A stretch of DNA of 64,000 bases from Heptranchias perlo (lineage: Eukaryota): assembly GCF_035084215.1 (NCBI RefSeq), contig NW_027139581.1, positions 3,720,001-3,784,000 on the forward strand, given 5' to 3'. The notes beneath the pieces were generated by a model. The model ran no database searches. It saw only the letters and a program-made list of their open reading frames with translations, and had not been told where the DNA came from. Positions 36,180 to 49,800 of this stretch are shown one piece after another; position 1 is the stretch's first letter; every line of letters begins with the position of its first letter. A program made the position numbers and the translations under genes.

Positions 36180-38590
36180 TCATAGAATCTTAGAAAATTT
36201 GCGGCACAGAAGGAGGCCATTCGGCCCATCGTGTCCGCGCCATCTGAGAAATGAGCAACCCAGCCGAATCCAACTTTCCCGCATTTGGCCGGTAGCCCTG
36301 CAGGTCACGGCTCTTCAGGTGCGCATTCAGGTATTTTTAAAAATGAGTTGAGGGTTTCTGCCTCTATCACCCTCCAAGGCAGTGAGTTCCAGATCCCCAC
36401 CACATTCTGGGTGAAAAAATGTTTCTACATTTCCGCTAATCCTTCTACCAATCACTTTAAATCTCTGCTGCCTTGTTATTGAAGCCTCCGCTAAGGGAAA
36501 TAGGTCCTTCCTATCCACTCTATCTAGGTCCCTCATAATTTTGTACACCTCAATCAAATCACCCCTCAGCCTCCTCTGTTCCAAGGAAAACAACTCCAAA
36601 CTATCCAATCTGTCTTCATAGCTAAAATGCTCCAGTCCAGGCAGCATCCTAATAAATCTCCTCTGCACCCTGTCTATTGTAATTACATCCTTCCTTTAAT
36701 GTGGTGACCAGAACTGTGCGCAGTACTCAAGCTGTGGCCTAACTCGTATTTTATACAGTTCTGGCATAACCTCCCTGCTTTTATATTCTATGCCTCGGCT
36801 AATAAATTGTAAACAATTTTACAACACCAAGTTATAGTCCAGCAATTTTATTTTAAATTCACAAGCTTTCGGCTAATAAAGGAAAGTATCCCGTCTGCCT
36901 TCTTAACCACCTTATCTACCTGTCCTGCTATCTTCAGGAATCGGTGGACATGCACTTCAAAGTCCCTCAATTCCTCTACACCTTTCAGTATCCTCCCATT
37001 TATTGTGTATTCCCTTGCCTTGTTTGCTTTCCCCAATTGCATTACCTTTACACTTCCCTGGATTGAGCTCCATTTGCCACTTATCTGCCCATCTGACCAG
37101 TCCATTGATATCTTCCTGCTTTCGTTTTCCAAACTTCACTGGATACAACCATATTGCCAGAGGATTGGAGGACTGCTAATGTTGCACTGTTGTTTGAAAA
37201 GGGACCGAAAGATAGGCCAGTCATTCTCACCTCGGTGGTGGGCAAATTATCGGAATCAATTCTGAAGGACAGGATAAACTGTCATTTAAAAGGCACGGAC
37301 TAATCAAGGACAGTCAGCACGGATTTGTTAAGGGGAGGTTGCGTCTGACTGACTTGAATGAATTTTTCGAGGAGGTGACAGGGAGGATCGATGAGGGTAG
37401 CGCAATTGATGTAGTCTACATGGATTTTAGCAAGGCTATTGACAAGGTCCCACATGGAAGATTGGTCAAAAAAGTAAAGGCCCATGGGTTCCAAGGGAAT
37501 GTGGCAAATTGGATCCAAAATTGGCTCAGTTGCAGGGAGGAAAGGGTTAACGTCGACGGGTGTTTTTGTGACGAGAAGGCTGTTTCCAGTGGGGTGCCGC
37601 AGGGCTCCTGTATTAGGCTCTTTGCTTTTTCTGGTTTACATTAACGATTTGGGCTTAAACGTAGGGGGCATGATTAAGAAATTTGCGGATGACACAAAGA
37701 TAAGCCGTGCGGTTGACAGTGAGGAAGAAAGCTATAGACTGCAGGAAGATATCAATGGATGGTCAGATGGGCAGAAAAGTGGCAAATAGAATTCAATCCG
37801 GAGAATTGTGAGGTAATGCATTTGGAAAGGGCAAACAAGGCAAGGGAGTACACAATAAATAGGATGATACTGAGAGGTGCAGAGGAATTGAGGGACCTTG
37901 GAGTGCATGTCCACAGATCTCCGAAGGTGGCAGGACAGGTGGATATAGTGGTTAAAAAGACATACGGAATGCTTACCTTTATTAGCCGAGGCATAGAATG
38001 CAAAATCATGGATGTTATGGTAGAACTGTATAAAACACTAGTTAGGCCACAGCTTGAGTACTGCGCACAGTTCTGGTCACCAAATTACAGGAAGGATGGA
38101 ATTGCACTAGAGAGGGTGCAGAGGAGATTTAGTAGGATGTTGCCAGGATTGGAGAATTTTAGCTCTGATGACAGATTGGACAGGCTGGGGTTGTTTTCCT
38201 TGGAACAGAGGACGCTGAGGGTTGATTTGATTGAGGTGTACAAAATTATGAGGGGCCGAGAAAGAGTGGATAGGAAGGACCTATTTCCCTCAGCGGAGGC
38301 GTCAATAAGCAAGGAGCATAGATTTAAAGTGATTGGTATTACTTTTAGGATTAGAGCGGAAATGAGGAAAAAAAATTCACCCAGAGGTTGGTGGGGGTCT
38401 CGAACTCACTGCCTGAAAGAGTTGTTTGAGGCAGAAACCCTTAACTCATTTCAACAATACCTGGATGTGCACCTGCAGAGCTGCGGACCAAATGCGGGAA
38501 AGTGGGATTAGGCCGGGTGTCTCGGTTCTCAGCCAGCGCAGACAGGAAAGGCCGAATGGCCTCCTTCTGTGCCATAAATTTTCAATGCTT
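36180..38590. mobile_element. CR1 LINE fragments (minus 36180-37120; plus 37150-38590)
   Basis: RT motifs YMDFSKA, GVPQGS, KFADDTK, LVRPQLEYC. Confidence 0.9.
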
Positions 38591-39429
38591 CTATAAACAA
38601 TAAAATGTATTGAGATATTGGAGCAGACTGTAAATATTGTATTGGACATTGAAATTCCTCCAAAGCCGATGAATGAGATGAAGTGATAAAATAATGGGGT
38701 CACACTGGAACATAACAGGGGGTTGAAATTAAAGTAAAGAGGGGCATAGATATTTGGATTTTCAATGTGCAGGGTTAGGTTCCTTTGAGTTAAAAATTAA
38801 ATTGGGCTGGGGGGAAATAATACTCAGCAAAAAATTATCCATAAGGTGGATATTAGCAACAGGATAACTGGAGAATCTTTAAAGTCCATGACTTCTTGAT
38901 AATATGGCACACCTTAGTTTCCTGTACAGGGTATTATGATTTTCTTTGTCTATATCATAATGTATAATATTAACCAAATGAAACTTGGAGCAATATGTAC
39001 ATGTCTTTCTGTGCTTATGTAAATCTGATGATGATAAAATATAAACTCAGGATGATCTTAGGCAGTGTGGTTTCACTCAGGTTCAAGAGGAGGGACTTTA
39101 AGAATATGGTTTAAAACTAGTTAAGTGTCCCACCTCGCATAGCTCGCATAATGCCCGAGACATTTAGCAAGAGGGTGATGTTGAGGGGGGCATGGTTCAG
39201 CATCTCAAGAGATGTGGTAACCAAAGACCTCCGCATTCCTCAGAGGAACAAATAGCTTGTAAACAGCGATAAAGGTTAATAACTACTCATATCGGAATCA
39301 CGTGGAAGTAATTATTGGAGGATTAAAAACCCCTTTGTTGCCACAGTAACAGAAAAATCTGCTAATATTGTGTATCATTTGTCGTTCGGGTTCTAATTAT
39401 TTGTGGTGCATTGACCACATTAAACAGCT

Positions 39430-40100
39430 GACTGTTCGCAAACTTGGCGCCCGATTTGACCCTCAGCTGAGCTTCCAACCTCATGTCGTCTTCATCACCA
39501 AGACCGCCTACTTCCACTTCCGTCACATCGCCCGTCTCCGCCCTTGCCTCAGCTAACCATGTCTTTGTTACCAATAGACTCAACTATTCCATTGATCTCC
39601 TGGATTATCTCGCACGTTGCACCCTCTGTAAACTTGAGCTCATCCAAAACTTTGTTGCCCATAACCTATCTCGCACCAAGTCCCGTTCACCCATCACCCC
39701 TGTACTCGCTGACCCACATTGGCTCCCAATCCAACAATGCTTCTATGGCCTCACCCCTCCCTTTGTTTGTAACTTCCTCCAGCCCGAAAATCTCCTGGGA
39801 TCTCTGTTCCTCTTGCGCATCCCCGATTTTAATCGCTCCACCATTGGCGGTCGTACCTTCGGCTGTCTACGCCCTACACTGTGGAGTTCCCTCCCTAAAC
39901 CTCTCTGCGTCTCTATCTCTCTCTCCTCCTTTAAGATGCTCCTTAAAACCTTCCTCTTTGATTAAGCTTTTGGTCACCTGTCCTGATATCTCCTTATGTG
40001 TCTTGGTGTCAAGTTGTGTTTGATAATCGCTTCTGTGAAGCGCCTTGTGGCGTTTTATTGCGTTAAAGGCGCCATATAAATGCAAGATGTTGTTGTTTGT
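39430..40100 (+). mobile_element. L2-type LINE 3' fragment
   Basis: ..FDPQLSFQPH..AYFHFRHIARLRP..; tail ATATAAATGCAAGATGTTGTTG. Confidence 0.8.
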
Positions 40101-40852
40101 ATTGTTAACAGAATTTAGCATGTGACTGCGGCGGACCATAACGTGAGAGGAGACTGCGAGGTGCGCCTGGTGACTGCACAGTCATTTCGCCTCTGGAGCT
40201 TGACATGAAAAGATAGAGGTCGCTTTTCTCTGATGGGACACTAGGTGGCGCAGTGGGTCCTTAACTGAAGGGTCCTGGGTTCAAACACAACCCAAACAGG
40301 ACGGATGCAAAATATCTGTCAGGGAAAAAGAATTGATATCGGCAAAATGTAACAATGTGGCTTAATCTTGGAGAAAGAAATTCAGCAAAGTCCAAATTAG
40401 TCCATTTGTCATTCAAGATTTATTAACAATTTAAAAGTTTACAATTTACAAAGAAGTTTTAAAAAGTTAACACGAACTGAATGTAACAACTCAGTGTCAC
40501 ATTGAGAATAGAACAGAGCCGGTCTGAGCTGCCAGCTGTCTGCACAACTGCAACAGACAGCAGAGAAGGAAAACAGAGGCTCAACATAAAGGGAAGGAAA
40601 CAATTGTGGATAAGAAATGAGAAAAAATATTTATTTACACATGAATTATTAAAACAAAGGTGAAAGGGGACTCAAACTCTAAGAATCATTTACATTATAG
40701 CGATGGTTATCTCACACATTAATAAACATTTCAATCAGAAAGACGGAAATCCCGTTGATGTTTTTCTCAGCTATAGATGTCGATATATTAACTGACGGCG
40801 TTTCACTTTGAGATGTTAATAAACAGATGTGCAAAATCCGAAATTCAACCGA

Positions 40853-40861
40853 TCACTTTAC
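40853..40861 (-). CDS. IGHM: IgM TM2 exon (VK-stop); 3' UTR with AATAAA at 40630-40635 and 40419-40424
   Basis: CTTTTACAG|GTAAAGTGA on minus, giving the KVK cytoplasmic tail. Confidence 0.85.
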   Translation of the reverse strand, partial: VK

Positions 40862-41000
40862 CTGTAAAAGAGGGATAAAAGAATGAAGCAGATATTTAGT
40901 GGTCCGTGCATTTATCTCAGGGTTTTTATGAATGAAACTTTTAGAGGCTTTTCAAACCGCTTCATTCAGATCAAAGTGTCACTGGATTGAATCTTCTCAC

Positions 41001-41128
41001 CTTCACCAGAGTGACGACAGCGCTGTAGAAAATGCTCAGGAAGAACAGAATGATGAATGTGGAAGCGGTTGTCCAGATGTTGCCGCTCTCTTCCTCATAG
41101 TCTTCGACCCAGACCTGGTTTATGGAAT
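41001..41128 (-). CDS. IGHM: IgM TM1 exon
   Basis: CCGTAG|(D)SINQVWVEDYEEESGNIWTTASTFIILFFLSIFYSAVVTLVK|GTGAG; canonical CART motif. Not present in the ORF track. Confidence 0.92.
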
Positions 41129-42529
41129 CTACGGGGATGGAGAGGAGGAAATATATTCAGATCGTTTATTAAACCAGGATATATTATTATTATTTATTTA
41201 TTTCTTTCCTCACTGTATTATTTTGGTCTCTAATTTAATTTCCAAGGTGTATCTTTTGTTCAGTTAATCCCGCTCAGTAATCTGTCTCTGTTCCTAACTT
41301 CACAGCCTCGCTTCCTTTATGATCCTCATACATTCCGTGTTGGTAAAGGTGATTTTTTTTCTTAATTGTCAGACACTAATGTATTTTCAATCGATTTCGT
41401 AGATCGATCATTCGGGGATATTATGGTGAGATATCGAGGGATGTTCAGTGATTTATGTCGATTATTTTATCGATAGGTTTCGATATCTCCTATTTGACGG
41501 CTGGCATGGTGCTGGGTAAGAGATCGGATGTTAGTTCCAATCTTGGTCGTTTATTTGTGATGGAAATACTTTGAACATTATCTATCTGTATCAGTTTCCA
41601 ACTGAGATAATTGCTTCAGTGCATGTATAGGGAGCAGGAAGATGTTATGGTATCAAAGTTTCTCAGAATACCAAGAACTGGGTTTTAGAAAATCGGTCCA
41701 TTTCTTGTATTTTTAACGATCAGTTCAGTGAGATTAGTTAGTTTTCCCACTTCAGGATATGAAAGTGGCTTTTCCCGGCTGTCAGAAATTCGGACAGCTC
41801 TGGGCACGGCCTGTGACAATGAACGACCACCTGCTCTGGAATATTGATCTCCAGCGGTTTCCAATGTGCTCTGTTTCAGGGACAAAGTGTGGGTGCAATC
41901 GTTATCACCTCAAAGACTAGGTCAATGTAGTTTAGATTATTGACGCTAAACCTCTCATCTCAAGTTTAGTCAGGCAATGTTTTCTCAATCCCCCTGAATA
42001 GATATTTTTATTCATAAATAGTTATTTAATAAGTTGATTTATTTGATGTAAAGCGACGTTTATATTTGCAGACCATGTGGTTCTGTTATTTAGAAACTGA
42101 CTGCCCGCTGGTCCCGGGGGTTCGTGGACAACAGAAGGGCAGTGTCTGTCTCTCTTTCATGAGGACAGGAGAGATGGTCTGTGCCGACCAATGCCCTTCC
42201 GTCACTACTGTCTACATTCAATGCAGTGAAGATAGAAATGCAACATTTTATTGGATAGAAATGATCCTCTGCATGTTGCTTTAATGGTCTTCTGTTAAAT
42301 TAGTTGGAGTGGCCTCACAATAGTTCCCAACGGGCATCATCTAACAGCGCAAAACTGGCTTCAATCGGAAGAAATCGGTGTAATGACGAAGAGAAGCCGC
42401 AATGTATTGTTTTTGTGGGAATTGGAAACAGCCATTGTGTTGTGTTTGGAAGCGGTTTTCTTATATTAGGGTTAAGGGGTCTGGTAGTGGAAGCACCTTT
42501 AGTCTGCATTTAGCTTGTGCTGTAAATAA

Positions 42530-42925
42530 GCTCGAAGGGCGGAATATCGAAGGTTAACGGGTGATTTGAATGAGATTTTTAAGATTTTGAAAGGAATTGA
42601 TAGGGTAGATAGAGAGAAGAATTTCCCGCTGGCGGGGGAGTCTAGGACAAGGGGACATAACCTTAAAATCAGAGCCAGGCCATTCAGGAGAGACGTTCGG
42701 AAACATTTCTTCACACACCGGGTGGGAGAAGTGTGGAACTCTCTCCCACAAAAAGCAGTCGATGCTCAATTAATAATTTTAAAGCTGATTTATTTTTGCT
42801 AACCAAGGGTATTAAGGGATCTGGAGCCAAGGCGGGTGGATGGAGTTAGGATACAGATCAGCCATGATCTCAATGAATGGGGGAACAGGCTCGAAGGGCT
42901 GAATGGCCTCCTCCTGTTCTTGCGT
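42530..42925 (+). mobile_element. CR1 LINE 3' end
   Basis: ..ESRTRGHNLKIRARPFR.. Confidence 0.8.
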
Positions 42926-43072
42926 TCCAACGGAATGTTGGCGCATTGGGTCTCCAAAGGGAACATATCCTGCTCCCGACCAACAAAAATAATTCAATTC
43001 CCATACATTTGACTCGTTAACAGAAAAAGGGTCTTTATTTGCTGTTAATTAAGGAATGGAAATGAGATAATC

Positions 43073-43464
43073 TCATTGACAAGAATTCACGGTGTCCATC
43101 AGTACAAGGGAAATGTTCACAAAACTCGGTTTACCGCTCGATTTATTAACCGTTCTGCTCATTATCTTCAAGGGAATGGCTTCATGTCCGACCACACAGG
43201 AGTAAGAAGCACCGCTGGTCCAATCCTCCGTCTTAATGGATAACATGCTGTACATGAAGAAGGAGCTACTCTCGTTCTCCGCCATCACCTCAGTGTTCTT
43301 GTAGCCGCTGGAATTCAGCGTCTTGTTATTAACGGTCCACTTGACAAAGATCTCTCTGGGAGAGAAACCTCTCACTAAGCAGGTGAGGGTCATAGACCGC
43401 TGAGCGGAGATTTCTTCTGCTAACGGGAGGAGGACAAACACAGACGGTTCCTGTGGATTTGGAT
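43073..43464 (-). CDS. IGHM: IgM CH4 plus secretory tailpiece
   Basis: TGTAG acceptor; (D)[42 protein letters not shown]|[20 protein letters not shown]; internal donor G|GTAAA at 43135/43134 for TM splicing; AATAAA at 43034-43039. Confidence 0.95.
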
Positions 43465-43834
43465 CTACAGAAAAAAATGTTTGGATATTAATAAGTGAGA
43501 GGCGATCATAGAGGGAATAAAGCGCAGCTTTAGGTTGTGAAGATTCACTTTGCACTCCGAGATATCGTCCCCTTGCCTAATTTTAAAAACTCTGTTTGTT
43601 GCTTTGTGCACGAGTCACTTAAGGTGACATCTCTCCTCTCCTCTACGTGCCTTGAGAAGGCAATCGTTTGAGAAATGTAACTGAGTGGCTTGTAGATAAT
43701 TTGAGAGGACAACTACATCGTCCTGGAGCAAAGCCACATGTGGCGAAGATCGCATAGGGGTGATAGCCTCCCTTCGGATATGGACAGTGAAAGGACAATG
43801 GAAAAAGAGTTCGGATTTTTAACGGTCAGTTCAG

Positions 43835-46800
43835 GAACATAGGAACAGCAGGAGGCCATTCAGGCCATCGAGTCTGTTCCGCCATTCAATTATAACATGG
43901 CTGATCTGTTTCTCAACTGCATTTACTCGCTTGGTTCAATATCTCTCAATACCCTTTATCACAGTATCATAATATAGTACAGCACAGAAGGAGGCCATTC
44001 GGCCCAACGTACCTATTCCGGCTCTTTGAATGCGCTATCCAATTATTCCCATTACCCTGCTCTTTCCCGATAGCTGTCTATTTTTTCCCTTCAAGTATTT
44101 AACCAATTCCCTTTTGAAAGTTACGATTGAATCTGCTTCCACCACCCTTTCAGGCAGAACATTCAGATCATTACATCTCGGTGCGAAAAAAATGTTTCCT
44201 CATGTCGCCTCTGGCTCTTTTGCCAACCACTTTAAATCTGTATCCTCTGGTAACCAAACCTTCTGCCACTGGAAACAGTTTCTCCTTATTTACCTGATCA
44301 AAACCCTTCATGATTTTGAATACCTCCATAACATCTCCCCTTAACATTTTCTGTTCCAAGGAGAACAATCCCGGCCTCTCCAGTCTCCAAATAACTGAAA
44401 TCTCTCATCCCTGCTGCCATTCTAGTAAATCTCGTCTGCACCCTCTCTAAGGCCTTGACATCCTTTCTAAAGTGTGGTGCCAAGAATTGAACACAATACT
44501 CCAGCTGAAACCTAACCAATGATTTATAAAGATTTAGCGTAACTTATTTGCTTCTGTGCTCTGTGCCTCTATTACAAAAGCCGAGGATCACATATGGTTT
44601 ATTAACAGCATTCTCAACTTCTCCTTCCACCTTCAAAGATTTCTGTACGTACACCCCCAGGTCTCTCTGTTCCTGCACTCCCTTTAAAATTCTACCATTT
44701 AGTTTATATTGTGTCTCTTCATTCTTCCTCCCAAAGAATGCATCACTTCATACTTCTCTGCGTTAAATTACATCTGCCATGTCTCTGCACATTTCACCAG
44801 TTTGTCTATGTCCTCCTAAAGTTAGTTACTATCCTTCACATTATTTACATTTCCGAGTTTCGTGTCATCAGCAAACTTTGTAATTGTACCCAGTATACCC
44901 AAGTCCATGTCATGCTGATTCCTGGAGAACACCACTCTATACTTCCCTCCAGTCTGAGAAACTATCGTTCAACACTACTCTTTGCTTTCTGTCCCTTAGC
45001 GACAAAGGAAAGAAAAGTGGATGAGTTCCTGCGGTCAGTGTTTCAGGAGCGAGGGAGGAAGTTGAAAAGCAAGACCTCAAAGGTAGTAATCTCTGGATTA
45101 CTCCCAGTGCCACCCGCTAGTGAGTCCAGAAATTGGAAGATAAGGCAGGTTAATTCGTGGCTGCAGACATGGCTCAGGATGGATGGCTTCAGAGTCTTGG
45201 GGCAGTGGGACCAGTTTTGGGACCGGAGTGCAAGGGTGGTGGAAGCAGATTCAATCGTGGCTTTTAAAAAGGAATTGGACAAATACTTCAAGGGAAAAAA
45301 TTGCACTGGTACTGGGCAAGCGTAGGCTAAATGGGACTAAGTGGATTTCTCTTATAAAGAGCCGGCAGGGGCACGATGGGCCGAATGGCTTCAATCTGAG
45401 CTGGAACCATTCTATGATTAGACAATTTTGTATCCACGCTGCCGCTTTCTCTTTAATCCCGGGGGCTTTAATTTCGCTTACAAGTCTATTATGTGGTACT
45501 TTATCAAATGCCTTCTGGAAGTCCATATACACAACATCAACCACATTACACTCATTAACCCTTCCCGTTACTTCATCAAAGAGCTCAATCAAGTTATCAA
45601 ACACGATTTTCCTTTAACAAATCCGTGCTGAATTTTCCAAGTGCCAATTAATTTTGTCCCGGATTATTCTCTCTAAAAGTTTCCCCACCACCGACATTCG
45701 GCTGACTGGTCTGTAACTGCCGGGTTTACCTTTTTGAACAAGTCTGTAACATTTGCAATCCTCCAGTCCTCCGGTGCCATTCCCATATCTAAGGAGGATC
45801 GGAAATTGTGGTGAGAGCCTCCGTAATTTCCACCCTTACTTCCCTCAGAAACCTCGGTTGCATCCCATCTGGACCGGGTGACTTTTCTACTTTGAGTACT
45901 GCCAATCTTTTAAGTACCTCGTCTATCTATTTTTATCCTATCCCATATCGCTACTGACCCCCTTTTACTGTTACAGTGGCAGCATCCTTTTCTCTAGTGA
46001 AGACCAATGCGGTGCATTCATTTAGTACCTCAGCCCTGCCCTCTTCCTCCACAAGAAGATCTCTTTTTTTTGTCCCTAATCGGTCCCACCCTTCCTTTCA
46101 CTACCCTTTTACAATTTACATCTTTATAAAAACGTTTGGGTTCCCTTTTATGCTGGCCGCTAATCTATTCTCATATTCTCTTTGCCGCTCTTATTTCCTT
46201 TTTAAATCTCCTCTGTACTTTCTGTATTCAACTTAGTCCTAAATTGTATTATGTGCCTTACATTTGTCATAAACCTCCTTTTTCTGTTTCATTGTAATCT
46301 CTATATCTTTAGTCATCAAATGAGCTCTAGTTTTGGATGCCCTTCCTTTCCCCCTCGTGGGACTGGATGTGAACCATTTCCTCATTGAAGGCCTCCCATT
46401 CTTCAATTACTATTTTGCAAACCAATCTTTGATTCCGATCCCTTTGTAACTCACTGAAATTAGCCCTCCTCCAGTTAAATATTTTCACATTAGATTGTCA
46501 TTTTCCATGACTATTCTAAATCTCATGATATTATGATCACTGTTCCCCAAATGCTCCCCCACTGAATCATGCTTCACTTCATTCCCAGAACTAGATCCAG
46601 CATTGCTTCCTTCCCCGCTGGGCTGGAAACACATTGTTCAACAAAGTTCTCTTGTACACATTTCAGGAATTCCTTCCCGTCTTTGCCCGATACATTGTTG
46701 CTGTCCCAGCCTATATTGGGATAATGGAAGGCCCCCCATTATCACTAATCTATCGTTCTTGCATCTTCCCGTAATTTGCCTGCAAATTTGTTCCTGTATC

Positions 46801-49800
46801 TCCTTCCCATTATCTGGTGGCCTATAGTACACACCCAGTAGTGAAATAGCTCCTCCATTGTTCTTTAATTTTAACCAAATGGATTTTGTCTTTGACACCC
46901 CCTCACCTTTATCATCACTTTCCAGTGCTATAATAGTTTAATTGATCAATACTGCCACACCTCCTTTCTTTCCTTCACTATCTTTCCTGAATACAGTGTA
47001 GACAGGAATATAAAGTACCCATTCCCCCCAACCTTTGAGCCATGTCTCTGCCATTGTCTCTATATCACAGTCCCATGTGGCGACTTGAGCCTGCAGCTCA
47101 CCAACCTTATTTACCACGCCACGTGCATTTACACACATGCACTCCAAGCTCATCTTAGACTGCCTAATTTCCCCCTGTCTGATCCATCCTATTTCTGAAG
47201 TACTCTTTGCTCAAGTGCTATTTGTCCCTCCCAGTCCTCTGTGCACCTTGCTTCTTCTCTATAATGTTTCATCCTGGTGCCCACCCTATTGTCAAATTTG
47301 TTTAAACCCTCGCCCATAGCAGCAGTTAACTTCCCAGCTCTGTTGAGGTGCAACCCGTCCATCTTGATCGGATCCCTCCTGCCTCACAACTGCTCCCAAT
47401 GTCCCAGGTATCTGAAACCCACACTCCTGCACCATTTCTCCAGCCACGCATTAGCAAATCTTATTCGGCCAGTCCTATACTCACTAGCGCTTGGCTCTGG
47501 GAGTAATCCAGATTTTACTACCTTTGAGGTGCTACTTTTGAACTTCCTCCCTAGCTCCTGAAACTCTGACTGCAGGAACTTTTCCTTCCTATGTCATCGG
47601 TTCCCACATGGACCATGATTTCTGGCTGTTCCCCTTCCCTCCTCAAAAGGTCCCGCATCTCTCAATGTTGTCCTTTACCCTGGCACCAGGGAGACAACAC
47701 ACATACAGGACTCATGTCGGCCCTTGCAGAAACGCCGGTCTATCTCCCTGAACACAATAATATAAGAACATAAGAAATACGAGCAGGAGTAGGCCATACG
47801 GACTCCCGAACCAGCTCCAACATTCAATAAGATCATGGCTGATCTTCAACCTCAACTCCACTTTCCAGCCCGATCCCCATATCCCTTGAATCATAGAAAC
47901 ATAGAAAATAGGAGCAAGAGTAGGCCATTCGGCCCTTCGGGCCTGCTCTGTCATGAAAATGATAATAGCCGATCGTCTAACTCAGTGCCCTGTTCCTGCT
48001 TTATCCCCATATCCCTTGATCCCTTTAACGTTAACACATATATCGATCTCCTTCTTGAATACATCTGATGACTTGGCCTCTACTGCCCTCTGTGGTAGAA
48101 AATTCCACAGGTTCACCAACCTCTGATTGAAAAAATGTCTCCTCACCCCGGTGAGAAGTGGTATACCCCGTATCCTGAGTCTGTGACCCCTGGTTCTGGA
48201 CTCCCCAGCAATCGGGAACATCCTCCCTGCATCAAGTCTGTCTAGTCCTGTTAGAATTTTGTATTTTTCGATGAGATCATCTCTCATTCTTCTAAACTCT
48301 GGTGAATAAAGGCCGAGTCATTCCAATCCCTCCTCATCCTGCCATCAATCCTGCCATCCCAGGAATCAGTCTGGTAAACCTTCGTTGCACTCCCTCCATG
48401 GAAAGGACATCCTTCCTCAGATAAGGAGACCAAAACTGCACACAATACTCCAGATGTGGTCTCACCAAGGCCCCGTATAACTATAGTGAGATATCCCTGC
48501 TCCTGTACTCAAATGCTCGCTTTTAGCGACTGGTGTGCAAGGACACCCAGGTCTCGTTGCACCTCCCCTTTTCCCAAACTATCACCATTCAGATAATCAT
48601 CTGCCTTTCTGTTTTTACAACCAAAGTTGATAACCTCACATTTATCCACGTTATACTGCATCCGCCATGTTCTTGCCCACTCACCCAACTTGTCTAAATC
48701 ACTCTTTGCATCCTCCTTACAGCTCTCATTCCACCCCAGCTTGGTATCGTCTGCAAACTTGGAAATGTTACATTTAGTTCCCTCATCCAAATCATTGATA
48801 TATATTGTGAATAGCTTGGGCCCAAGCACTGTTCCCTGCGATACCTCACTAGTCACTGCCTGGCACCCGGAAAAAGACCCGTTTATTCCTATTCTCTGTT
48901 TCCTGTCTGTCAAACAATTCTCGATCCATGCCAATATATTCCCCCCAATCCCATGTGCTTTAATTTTGCACACTAACCTCTTGTGTGGCACCTTATCAAA
49001 AGCCTTCTGAAAATCCAAATACACCACATCTACTGGTTCTCCCTTATCTATTCTGCTGGTTACATCCTCAAAAAACTCCAGTAGATTTGTTAAGCATGAT
49101 TTCCCTTTCATAAACCAATACTGACTTTGTCCATTCACGTGAATGCCTTCCAAGTATTCTGTTGTCACATCTTTCATAATAGACGATAGCATTTTTCCCA
49201 CTGTTGATGTTACGCTAACTGGTCTGTAATTCCCTGTTTTTTCTCTCCCTCCTGTTTGAAATAGTGGGGTTACATTTGCCAGCCTCCAGCTGTAGGAACT
49301 GTTCCAGAGTCTATAGAATTTTGGAAGATGATCACCAATGCATCCACTATTTCAAGGGCCACTTCCTTTATTACTCTGGGATGCAGATTATCAGGCCCTG
49401 GGGATTTGTCAGCCTTTAGCCCAAATAATTTCCGAAGCACATTATCTTTTTACCAATAATTCCCCCAGAGTCCAAAAATCTATCTATCTCAGCCTTGAAT
49501 ATATTCAACGACTCAACATCCACATTCCTCTGGGGTAGAGAATTTCACAGATTCACAACCCTCTGAGTGAAGAAATTCCACCTCACCTCAGTCTTAAATG
49601 GTCGACCCCTTATCCTGAGTCTATGCCGCTTAGCTCCAGCCAGGGGAAACAACCTCTCAGCATCTACCCTGTCAAGCCCCCTCAGAATCTTATATTTTTC
49701 AATGAGATCACCTCTCATTCTTCTAAAATCCAGAGAGTATAAGGCCATTGTACTCAATCTCTCCTCACAGGACAACCCTCTCCTCCCAGGAATCAATCCA

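Noticed and set aside
41290-42520. Possible extra exon or old retroelement between CH4 and TM1
   Set aside because: No Ig-domain motif or convincing ORF recognised; cannot be classified without a search.
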